Part shown: positions 1 to 10,149 of the stretch, piece after piece
How positions within the stretch are numbered: position 1 is the stretch's first letter
Layout: the number at the start of each line of letters is the position of its first letter
From: Octopus bimaculoides
Taxonomy: Eukaryota
NCBI RefSeq assembly: GCF_001194135.2
Contig: NC_068991.1
Location: forward strand, 31,502,629 to 31,538,898
Length of the DNA: 36,270 nucleotides
Direction: 5' to 3'
Position numbers and translations under genes: made by a program
Notes under the pieces: model-generated
What the model was told of the DNA's origin: nothing
The model's database searches: none
Seen by the model: only the letters and a program-made list of their open reading frames with translations

Positions 1-1
1 G

Positions 2-681
2 ACTCTATGGAAGACATTTGTTCTGAGCCGCCTAGACTATTGCTCTCAGTTGTGGTCACCACACAGTGTCAAGCGGACAGCAGAACTCGAGGCAATTCAG
101 CGGCACTATACAAAAAAGATCGCCACAGTCCAACAGATGAACTACAGGGAGCGACTGAAGGCATTAGGTCTCTACTCCCTGGAGCGCAGGCGGGAGAGAT
201 ATGTAATAATATACATATGGAAAATACTGGAAGGACTGGTGCCAAACTTTGGCATCAAGTACTACAGGAATGCCCGCACAGGTTGCCACTGCATGGTACC
301 AAAGGTGCTGTCCACTGCATCTCACATAAGAACGTGGTACTACAACAGCCTTGGTTTCAGAGGACCTCAGCTCTTTAATGCCCTGCCAAAACATTTGAGA
401 GACCTGCAAGACATGGATATAGAGGTCTTCAAGACAAAACTCGACGCTTTCCTCTCCACGATACCAGACGAACCAATGGCTCGAAATGAAACACAGTTTA
501 GAGCAGCAATGTCAAATTCTCTTATACACCAGATGTGCCATCAAAACTCTTGATTGGACTATATCAGGTGCAGGAGAAGAGCCATGCAAGGAACGTGAAG
601 AGAGCACAGCATAAAGACGGAAAGTCACGGTGGTGCTCCAGCATGACCACAGCCACTTGGCTGAAACCCATAAATCAATAA

Positions 682-690
<9 letters not shown>
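2..690 (+). mobile_element. 3' end of a CR1/L2-group non-LTR retrotransposon (ORF2 C-terminus plus 3' UTR and A-rich tail)
   Basis: Frame open from position 2 to the stop at 551-553: LWKTFVLSRLDYCSQLWSP...NYRERLKALGLYSLERRRERY..IYIWKILEGLVPN...GPQLFNALP...FKTKLDAFL, the typical post-RT C-terminus of CR1/L2-type ORF2. Followed by a ~130-nt UTR ending in ATAAATCAATAAATAAAT. Confidence 0.88.
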
Positions 691-757
<67 letters not shown>

Positions 758-858
758 ACAGAGTGAGACAGAGAGAGAAAGAGATAGGCAGGGGCTGATA
801 TGTATGTATGTATAAATGTATGTATGTGTATATATGTGCGCGTATGTATGTATGTATA
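686..858. repeat. Compound microsatellite (TA)n-(GA)n-(TATG)n
   Basis: Directly visible; source of spurious ORFs 512..874 and 630..815. Confidence 0.95.
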
Positions 859-1242
859 ATTTTGTCGCTTTCAAGTTAGAGTGTAAAACGTTAATAATAT
901 TTTGTGAAGTGCTGAACCAATCGATTAAATCTGTTTATTATTGTCAACGAGAATCAAAACAGATATGCAACGTCCTTTATGAACTCTAGCGACCTTAACG
1001 GTTGATGGGTCCTAAAACGTTTCCTCTAAGACGTATAAACAACGAAACTATGCTAATGTAAACATTTGCTTACAATGATATACTATCTGCTGGAAACTGT
1101 GCCAACACTGCAAAAATGACTGTTTAAGAAAATATATGGTCACTGAGAGTGTTTGTTTTGACGGAGAGATATTTGAATATAATTTTACTTATCGGCTTAT
1201 CGGTATTTGATTTGTATTGAAATGTAAATTTACTGATATCTT

Positions 1243-1428
1243 GGCGCAGACGTGACAGTATACTAAGAAGCTTGCTTCCTAACCATACGGTCCCGGGTTC
1301 AGTCCCACGTCTAGGTGACCTTGGACAAGTGCTTTCTGCAATAGCTTCGGGCCGACCAAAGCGCTGTAAACGGATTCAGTAGACGGAAACTGAAAGAGCT
1401 GATCGTGTGTGTGTGTGTGTGTGTGTAT
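1243..1428 (+). mobile_element. SINE family A, diverged 5' half ending in (TG)n
   Basis: B-box-like GGGTTCAGTCCC, then CCTTGGACAAGTG and GTAGACGGAAACTGAAAG, colinear with the copies at 2941-3314 and 19200-19492. Confidence 0.8.
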
Positions 1429-2163
1429 TAATCAATGTAAATTGAATCTAAATTATTATTACTCTCATCTTAGATCTTGAATATCTATGTACTTTGTCTT
1501 TTCTATACCGTTTTATTTAGACTTAGTGAAAATGTTATTTGAATAAATATGTTTTTGCTCGTTTATCTCGGATCACAATTCTACGAATGAAACCGTTACA
1601 AAAGAATGCATTCTAAGACTCGATAATGATATGCAAATTATTTTTGCTACATTAAATGGGATGTTCGCTCTTATGTAGCAAAACGTGAAAAGAAAGATCA
1701 TTGGGTTCATATTAAACGTATGTTTCAATATTCCCACCTGTATTCATAAATAAAATGTCTGAAAACGCCAGTTACACATTTAACAATTCCATAATTTCAT
1801 CATGATGACCCTACCATAAAATGAAATGCTCATCTAAATATCGTGTCTAGTTGTCTTTTAAATATGAGTAAAATGTGCTTCAAAATATTTGTAGAGATTC
1901 GTCATAATTTTCTTTCATAGTACCCCGTCACTAAGTTGGGGCTACTGTAGTACCCATTGCAGTCTCTGATATATGATATTTCAGAAAGCTGATTCAGCGA
2001 TTAAGAAATTAATATTTTGTAACAAGGATCTAGAGATAAAATTTTACAATGCGTTCTGGTAATTGAATCTGATATGCATCTAGTTAATATTTATCTGTCG
2101 CATAAATTCATTAGTTCTGTGGGATATTAGTGCACATTTTTATAGAAAAATGCGTGTATATAT

Positions 2164-2700
2164 NNNNNNNNNNNNNNNNNNNNNNNNNNNNNNNNNNNNN
2201 NNNNNNNNNNNNNNNNNNNNNNNNNNNNNNNNNNNNNNNNNNNNNNNNNNNNNNNNNNNNNNNNNNNNNNNNNNNNNNNNNNNNNNNNNNNNNNNNNNNN
2301 NNNNNNNNNNNNNNNNNNNNNNNNNNNNNNNNNNNNNNNNNNNNNNNNNNNNNNNNNNNNNNNNNNNNNNNNNNNNNNNNNNNNNNNNNNNNNNNNNNNN
2401 NNNNNNNNNNNNNNNNNNNNNNNNNNNNNNNNNNNNNNNNNNNNNNNNNNNNNNNNNNNNNNNNNNNNNNNNNNNNNNNNNNNNNNNNNNNNNNNNNNNN
2501 NNNNNNNNNNNNNNNNNNNNNNNNNNNNNNNNNNNNNNNNNNNNNNNNNNNNNNNNNNNNNNNNNNNNNNNNNNNNNNNNNNNNNNNNNNNNNNNNNNNN
2601 NNNNNNNNNNNNNNNNNNNNNNNNNNNNNNNNNNNNNNNNNNNNNNNNNNNNNNNNNNNNNNNNNNNNNNNNNNNNNNNNNNNNNNNNNNNNNNNNNNNN
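2164..2700. other. Assembly gap (others at 4647-4993, 14123-14283, 19000-19199, 21213-21536, 22656-23051, 25679-25688, 29143-29273, 32128-32776, 35426-35733)
   Basis: Runs of N; ORFs spanning them are artefacts. Confidence 1.
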
Positions 2701-2940
2701 AAATATAGCAGCATACCAAAAACGTGAGCGGGCAAGACATTTAAAATCACCTAAAAAAATCATTATTAAACAGGAACCAGGTTTCGGATTTAACAAATTC
2801 TTACCATTTGTCTATTCCTCATCAGCCTGATTTGTAATGTAGCAGCAATTATCAGAATCGTATAATTAATCGATATTAATTAATATATTAATATATGACT
2901 AATTACCAGATCTTATAATTATATATATATATATATATAT

Positions 2941-3314
2941 TCTTTTATTCTTTTACTTGTTTCAGTCATTTGACTGCGGCCATGCTGGGGCACCGCCTTT
3001 AGTCGAGTAATCGACCGCAGGACTTATTGTTTGCAAGCCCAGTACTTATTCTATCGGTCTCTTTTGCCGAACCGCTCAGTTACGGGGACATAAACACAGA
3101 CACACAAACATACACACATACACAGATACACACAGACACACACAAATATATACGACGGGCTTCTTTCAGTTTCCGTCTACCAAATCCACTCACAAGGCTT
3201 TGGTCGCCCGAAGCTATAGTAGAAGACACTTGCCCAAGGTGCCACGCAGTAGGACTGAACCCAGAATGATGTGGTTGGTAAGCAAGCTACTTACCACACA
3301 GCCACTCTTGCGCC
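2941..3314 (-). mobile_element. SINE family A, near full-length tRNA-derived copy
   Basis: Minus strand: A-box-like TGGCTGTGTGGT, B-box-like GGGTTCAGTCC, central domain, internal (TG/TA)n, 3' domain and tail GGTGCCCCAGCATGGCCGCAGTCAAATGACTGAAACAAGTAAAAGAATAAAAGA. Confidence 0.9.
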
Positions 3315-3495
3315 CATATATAATTCCAAGAAAATTAGATGTTGTAAATCCAACCAACTAAGGGATATCTGTCCAATATACTTCTGGTAGAATACCCAAT
3401 TATTAATACACAAGTGTTTTTTCATTGCATGGCAATTACATTATCGAGTGTAGTAAATGAGTGAGGGTAAAAAGTTATTTTACCCTTAATTTATA

Positions 3496-3786
3496 CAGCA
3501 GTAAGAAAATGGTGGGGATTGAGAGGTGGTATTCATCAACTTTTAGACATTATATTATGTCTATTTATTTAGTTTTTAAAAAGACAATTATAACAATATA
3601 CATACATGTATAACATATTATGCTTTACATTTATGATATATAAAATATAAAATACCAGTAATTATTAAAATACATAACGTAGAGCATAGAAAGTAGGATA
3701 ATATCTTACAGTTGTTTCAGCCAAGAGGCCATACTCTAAAAGTTGATGAATATCACCTCTCGATCCCCTCCATTTTCTTATTGCTG
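3496..3786. mobile_element. 291-bp MITE with 52-bp TIRs and TA target-site duplication (Tc1/mariner type)
   Basis: 3496-3547 and 3735-3786 are inverted repeats matching at 48/52; TA at 3494-3495 and 3787-3788. Confidence 0.85.
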
Positions 3787-3788
3787 TA

Positions 3789-3950
3789 TATACGACGGGC
3801 TTCTGTCAGTTTCCGTCCACCAAATCCACTCACAAGGCTTTGGTCGACCCAACGCTATAGTTGAAGACACTTGCCCAAGGTACCACGCAGTGGGACTGAA
3901 CCCGGAACCGTGTGGCTGGTAGGCAAGCTACTTACCACACAGCCACTCCT
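3789..3950 (-). mobile_element. SINE family A, 5' half
   Basis: Closely matches 3150-3310 (CGACGGGCTTCT..CAGTTTCCGTC..CCAAATCCACTCACAAGGCTTTGGTC...CTTACCACACAGCCACTC). Confidence 0.88.
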
Positions 3951-3960
3951 ATATATAAGT

Positions 3961-4048
3961 ACAGGCATGGTTGTGTCTTGGGGTCGCTTCCCAACCAAAT
4001 AGTTAAGGATTCAGTCCCACTGCGTGCCACCTTGGGCAAGTGTACTTC
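3961..4048 (+). mobile_element. SINE family A, diverged head fragment
   Basis: GGATTCAGTCCCACTGCGTGCCACCTTGGGCAAGTGT matches the reverse complement of 3866-3900. Confidence 0.72.
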
Positions 4049-5600
4049 AATTTGTCAAGTTTGGGATGAATGCAATATTTGTGGAAAAATTTATATACTA
4101 CACACAAACTCACACTCACACACACATACACATGCGCGTTTGCAATCACACTTAAACACAGACACTCAACTATATTGCCGAATGGCGTTCTAACAGACTT
4201 CCGGTCTAGCACACAATGAACATTGGTCACTGCCACACTAAAATTCTAATTAGTTTATCGAGTGTAAACTTTCCATTAAATCCCTCGAGCTGTGAGTGAC
4301 TTGTTTTTTTGTATTTTTTTTCTTTTGTCAAATTTACACTTCGTCTTTGCAACTGAAGTAGTTTGAGATTGCATTCATTTTAATGCATTCTGTGAATTAT
4401 AAAACACACTTGCAGACATATGCAACGTAATATGCACGCATGCGCACAACAAAGGATATCGAATCACATATATACAGAAAACTCCATAAGCACCATTGCA
4501 CACGCGTACGCGCAAGTTTATACATCACAGCGTTATATTTTTCACTGCCTCTACTCGTATCAGTTACATCGCTGATGCATACATACACACACACACACAC
4601 ATCTCTTTCTCCGTATGTATGTATATATATATATATACATATATATNNNNNNNNNNNNNNNNNNNNNNNNNNNNNNNNNNNNNNNNNNNNNNNNNNNNNN
4701 NNNNNNNNNNNNNNNNNNNNNNNNNNNNNNNNNNNNNNNNNNNNNNNNNNNNNNNNNNNNNNNNNNNNNNNNNNNNNNNNNNNNNNNNNNNNNNNNNNNN
4801 NNNNNNNNNNNNNNNNNNNNNNNNNNNNNNNNNNNNNNNNNNNNNNNNNNNNNNNNNNNNNNNNNNNNNNNNNNNNNNNNNNNNNNNNNNNNNNNNNNNN
4901 NNNNNNNNNNNNNNNNNNNNNNNNNNNNNNNNNNNNNNNNNNNNNNNNNNNNNNNNNNNNNNNNNNNNNNNNNNNNNNNNNNNNNNNNNNNNNATATATA
5001 AATATATATACATGTATATGTATGTACATATACATTTATAATGCATACATAAATATAGATATATAGATATATATATGTACATATGTATATATATTTGTAT
5101 ATATATATATATGTATATATACAAACATATGTGTGTGCGCGTGCATACATAGATATACATGCATACATCAATTTATTTAATAAGTGCTTCTAGCAGAGGT
5201 AGTTTTGTAACATTCATCGGGTGAAAGAGAGAGGATAGAAGGGGGAGAGAGGGAGAGATGAAGTTAGGAAAGTGAGAGATGGTGACAGAGATACAGGATT
5301 ACAATCAATCAATCACATGCATTAGTGTTATAGATTAAATCTTATATATACGCCCATACAAGACCCATACACAGACACACACAATACACACACGCATACA
5401 CATTCACACATACACATACACACACTCACTCACACGCACACACGATACACACAACATACACTTACATACAAACATACTAGCATACATACCCAGAGTCAGC
5501 AGTGAACTCATTACAGTTTGGGTAGTTACAAATTCTCAAACACAACCACACGCATTGAATCGTGCACACACACATGCGCGCCCGTGCATATACACATAAT

Positions 5601-5647
<47 letters not shown>

Positions 5648-5834
5648 TCTCACACCTACGTACAAAACAAGGACACTCATACACAGCTTCATACTTATTC
5701 TTATACAAAATCCCACATTTATTGCTTTAGGGAGCTAAGTGATATTTAACACTTTTTCAGTATTTGTTGTTGGTGGGTGGTGGAGGGGTAGTTGTTGTTG
5801 CTGTTCTTGGTGGTTGTAGTTTGGTCGTAATGTT

Positions 5835-5896
5835 CGGCCCTCCCTCAATCGAGCACACATACGATCAAAGACACTCCACCCAAGACCATTACGTCT
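5835..5896 (-). repeat. Interspersed repeat family C, fragment
   Basis: ATCGAGCACACATACGATCAAAGACACTCC aligns with GATCGAACAGACCTATGATCAAAGTCTTCC at 15941-15970. Confidence 0.55.
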
Positions 5897-6253
5897 ATGT
5901 GCAGCAAGGCATTGTCTTTGGGACATTCAAAAGATTGTGCCAAACACTGCCGTTTTGCAATAATACAAAAATTTAAGACAATAACAAAATCAAGAATAAT
6001 AACGGATGAAGTAAAATCAAAACTAATTATAAGACATAAATGAAATTAGTTGTCAATGTCTTAAAGTGATGTTAACAGTTTTTCGGGTTTCTACGTTTGT
6101 AGACTTTTAATTTGTGGATCGATAGCCAGCGCTCTCTTGTCTCCACATAATCTGCCAACAGACACAGACAAATTATATTGTAGACATATATACATACGAG
6201 TATATACACACATTCAGACATACATAAACATATACACACACATACGTATACAT

Positions 6254-6289
<36 letters not shown>

Positions 6290-6319
6290 TGCGTGTGCAA
6301 AAAACACTAAAGAACAGCA

Positions 6320-6550
6320 ACAAAAACAAAACCAAACTAACACACAACATACTGACATCTTTCAGTGAAACTAGAGAGCAACAATGAGGACAACATCATC
6401 AATAACATCAACAAGAATAACAATATAATCAATGAAGAGAAGCAACAACAAAAATAACAAAAATATGAACAACGTGAACAACGTCTATGACAATAACAAG
6501 ACGACGACAGCGACGACGACGATGGCGACAACAACATCAACAACAATAAA
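6320..6550. repeat. Decayed (AAC)n/(GAC)n low-complexity tract
   Basis: Directly visible cryptic trinucleotide periodicity. Confidence 0.85.
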
Positions 6551-6559
6551 AACATTTAC

Positions 6560-7849
6560 CAAATCCATGATTTTTCAGTTGGTCAGGCAAAATTTGCTGT
6601 GACTGTTGTTGATCATAATGATGTTTCCTTTGTAGACAATTTCAGGAGGAAACCACTTTATTTAGAAAAACCAGTTCTTTCTCAAACCGGGAGAAGTTTT
6701 AAGATTTGGTTTCTAAACATATTTTGCTTCTTGCTGACATACCCGTAACACAAATGATTTCTGTGACTCCTACCCACTCACACATAAATGTAATAATGAA
6801 AGAGAACATTCATTCAAACCAACCATTGAAAGCGGGTCCTTTCGAATGTGTGCCGCGAAGTAAAGCCTACGGGATTGCCAGTTTGGTATCCTAGGGAGAA
6901 AAATACTGGAATTGTAGAGTACGCTCTGTCTCTTACATTCGTACCCCAATCCACAGGCCGCAAAAATATAGGGCTAAAAGATCAGGGGCATCTCCGGTTT
7001 GTTGTCACCTTTATATAGCAATATGGCGTAATCAGTGCGGAAAGAAAAAACAAGATCGATTAACAAGTTCTAATGATGCCTGAAATCCACAGAAACAAAG
7101 GCTATGATAATGATGGTACAGGACAAAAAGTTGTGAGCTTATTGCTGTGAGTGCTAGATCCATTGCAGAGCATTTCCTGAAAAGCATGGAAACAGAAGAG
7201 AATGCGGTCGAATGCAGCACACCCAGTTTTAACGGCATTATTGGTTTCAGTTTATAAATCTGCTACCCAGACACCATTGACAGTCACACGACTATTTGCA
7301 ATTCTGAATGTGATCCGAAAACCCAGCTCATCCTCGGTCCCAAAATGGAGACAATGAATCTCATCTCCCAGTAATAGTACACACAGAGTATTGTAATAAT
7401 GAGAAGATGGAAAAAAGACAAACCGCTGATGAGAGCATCAGAAGTAAACAAAGAAAGCAAACGACTCCAAAAGAAAAAAGTAAACGATAGTGGAAGGTGA
7501 CCAAAATGTTCAAGATGCTGCCCCTACATCACCAATATGTTTTTTTTTACAGTGTTTCCTACTAGATGGAGACAATTAACAGATTTACTGGAAGAATTTG
7601 TAAATGTCAATATGGAGATATGTGAAGTAATGTGATACTACTCACTGGAACATGCAAAAGACCGGCTTTTCGTTTGAGTAATGTTTCATGTTTAACAAAA
7701 TGTTACACTTAAACAACTACTGAGACGTGGAGCTTTGTTTCTTCTTCTGATAATTAAAATGTTCCCGGGCCGTATTGGACCGTAAAATCTCCTGTGAAAA
7801 TAGAGATGTGTGAAGCTCTGACGTAATCTAGTGCGGCGGCGGGGAGAAC
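6560..7849 (+). mobile_element. Probable highly decayed piggyBac transposon (transposase core to right end)
   Basis: Frame-broken peptides FVDNFRRKPL (DN-motif-like), WYRTKSCELIAVSA (like piggyBac WYRK..ELL) and KCSRCC..PICF (Cys-rich C-terminus). Ends GCGGCGGGGAGAAC followed by TTAA at 7850-7853. No left TIR found. Confidence 0.42.
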
Positions 7850-8182
7850 TTAATTTCTTTAAAAATATTTTCTTTTCATTTTTGTGTTTTCATCCAATTT
7901 TCTATTATTGACTTATGTTGTATAACTTCATCAAGACTCCGCCTAAATAAGTTTGTTTGTCCAGCTTCACATATGTTTGTAACCCCAATGTATCCTCCCA
8001 CATAGTAAATATTTCACCCAGCAAGAATATGAGTGAGAGTGTGTGGGTAGAGTGTCTCCGAGAGTGAAACACATAAAATGAGAAGCAGGACGTGTTTTAA
8101 TAAAGTTCGGTAATAAAGGATAACTGTATGTGAATGTTTGTGTGTGTATGTTTATGTATATGCTTGTTTGTGTTTGTGTGTT

Positions 8183-8227
<45 letters not shown>

Positions 8228-8389
8228 AAACAGTGCGACATACACACAAATTATAAGGTGGACGTGATTTCGAGTGGTTAGGGTATTTCTCTGTATGGTT
8301 TGATAATTATCACTTGAATAGCAACTTGAACCAGTTTGAAAGTTGAGGAAGTAAAGAGAAAGAGAGAGAGGGTGAGAGAGAGAGAGAAA

Positions 8390-8457
8390 GAAGAAGAAGA
8401 AGAAGAAGAAGAAGAAGAAGAAGAAGAAGAAGAAGAAGAAGAAGAAGAAGAAGAAGA
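8390..8457. repeat. (GAA)n microsatellite
   Basis: Directly visible. Confidence 0.97.
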
Positions 8458-8817
8458 GTGAAATAACAAAAAACAAATAAGCTATTTAAAAGAAAAGCGT
8501 AAAACAAGTGAAGTCAGCAATAAAAAAACAACATGGACGAGAGAAAAATATCAAAAAGGAAGGATGGCGAATGAATATAAATGAATGGAAGAAATGAGTG
8601 TAAAATAGCAAAATAAGACGTATACATACATGTATGTGCGTGTGTATGCATGCGCGCGCACATGTACATAGATTCGCACCCACCATATACACGGACGCAT
8701 AAACACACAAACACACACGCACATACACACACAAACGCACACGCACACTTATACGTATACACATACAATAATAAATAATTGGATAACTTAGGAGAAAATG
8801 CTTGACAAATACGATAG

Positions 8818-8880
8818 CTTAACGCTTTAATAGAAAGAGAAAGTGTCTTAACGTTTCTGAAGTTATTCCTTCATCAGAAG
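8818..8880 (-). ncRNA. Hammerhead-ribozyme-like motif (type I, minimal), probably within a Penelope-related repeat (~8765-9110)
   Basis: Minus strand: CTT-CTGATGA-AGGAATAACTTCA-GAAAC-GTTAA..TTAAAGCGT-T-AAG. Core boxes in correct order, 3-bp stem I, bulged stem III; stem II closing pair is G.A rather than G-C. Confidence 0.45.
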
Positions 8881-9236
8881 GAAGAAGAGAAATATAGAAG
8901 GAATGGTAAAGAGTAATGGTCAATGAAAAAACGGACGAATGGTTAAAATCCAGGTGACAACAAGGCGTATAGCTAAGAAACGGGAAAGGCATAGGCGTGT
9001 AAATGTAACCATGAGAATGTACCTATGTCGAGAAGCGAACATATAGGAAAATGGTGTGTATATATGGTTATCGAGATACGCGAGTGTAGAAGCATAATGG
9101 CGTTGGTAAGTAGGGTGTGGGGTTGAGCCTCTCACCCCATGCACACATACACACACGCATATGCACACACACACGCACATACATACATACATAATACATA
9201 CCTACATGCATACATACATACATACATACATACATG

Positions 9237-9514
9237 CATGGCCTAGTACGTATAATGTTGCACTCACGATTGCGAGATCGTGGTTTCAATTCCTAGACTG
9301 GGTTGTGCGTTGTGTTCTTGAGCAAAACATTTCATTTCACGTTGCTCTACGGTCATTTCGACACTTGATATGTGGTACACCGTGCACCTGTTCAAGCAAC
9401 GTCGATTTGATGGGGAGAGGGAGCTAATGTGCAGCACATACCTTTGATCACTATAAACAAATCATTTGTGTAGGTCGCTTGACAAAAGCTGAACACTTTT
9501 CGATGGGAGAGTCC
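9237..9514 (+). mobile_element. SINE family D (tRNA-like head plus conserved-type central domain)
   Basis: TGGCCTAGT (A-box-like), GGTTTCAATTCC (B-box-like), then TTGTGTTCTTGAGCAAAACATTTCATTTCACGTTGCTC, resembling the central domains of metazoan SINE superfamilies. Confidence 0.6.
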
Positions 9515-9744
9515 ATTTTATATGTATATATACTCAAATACTACAACTTTATGGTAGAGGGTTAGTCAATTATATCAACTGCAAGGTCGATGTATCTCCA
9601 CCGTAGTATTGAGGACAACGTAACACGTTTTTCTTTATCTACAGTTATCTCTTGTAGGCCCGGACAGTTATCTTTTGTAACCACACCAACCATGTAGTCA
9701 CCACATCAACTTTGTACCAACGGCTTTGTTTACTCTTGACTGAG

Positions 9745-10062
9745 TATTTGTATGCATGTATGTATGTTTACATGCAAGCATGGATGCATTTATATATGCA
9801 TGTTTTTTGTTTGTATGTAAGTATGAATACCTGTATGCATGCATGTAAGTGTGTATGTATGCATGAATGCATGTACGCGTATGTGTATGTATGTATGAAT
9901 GAATGCATGTATGCATGTATGTATGCATGCATGTATTTATGCATGCATGTCTGTATGCATGTAAGTACGTATGTGTATGTATGTATGTTTGTATGTAAGT
10001 GTTTATGTATGCATATATATATTCACGTATGTATGTATGTATGGATGCATGCATGAATGTAT
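9745..10062. repeat. Degenerate (TATG)n/(CATG)n microsatellite
   Basis: Directly visible; source of spurious ORFs 9698..10054 and 9712..10056. Confidence 0.92.
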
Positions 10063-10149
10063 GTTTTCTTTTCTCATTTTAATGTAGATTTAATTCTGAC
10101 TGACCACCTGCTTTCGAGCAAGGTTCTGGTGGAAAGCATCTTGTTTTGT

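Noticed and set aside
1641-1684. 11-bp inverted repeat TTTTGCTACAT/ATGTAGCAAAA
   Set aside because: Short and isolated; expected occasionally in AT-rich sequence, with no TSD or second copy.
3200-3314. tRNA genes at SINE heads (also 1243, 3850-3950, 9237, 14600-14672)
   Set aside because: Only A/B-box remnants fused to SINE bodies; no cloverleaf or anticodon arm could be built.
7423-7445. CTGATGAG hammerhead-like box
   Set aside because: It forms a local CTGATG/CATCAG hairpin with no properly placed GAAA or stems.
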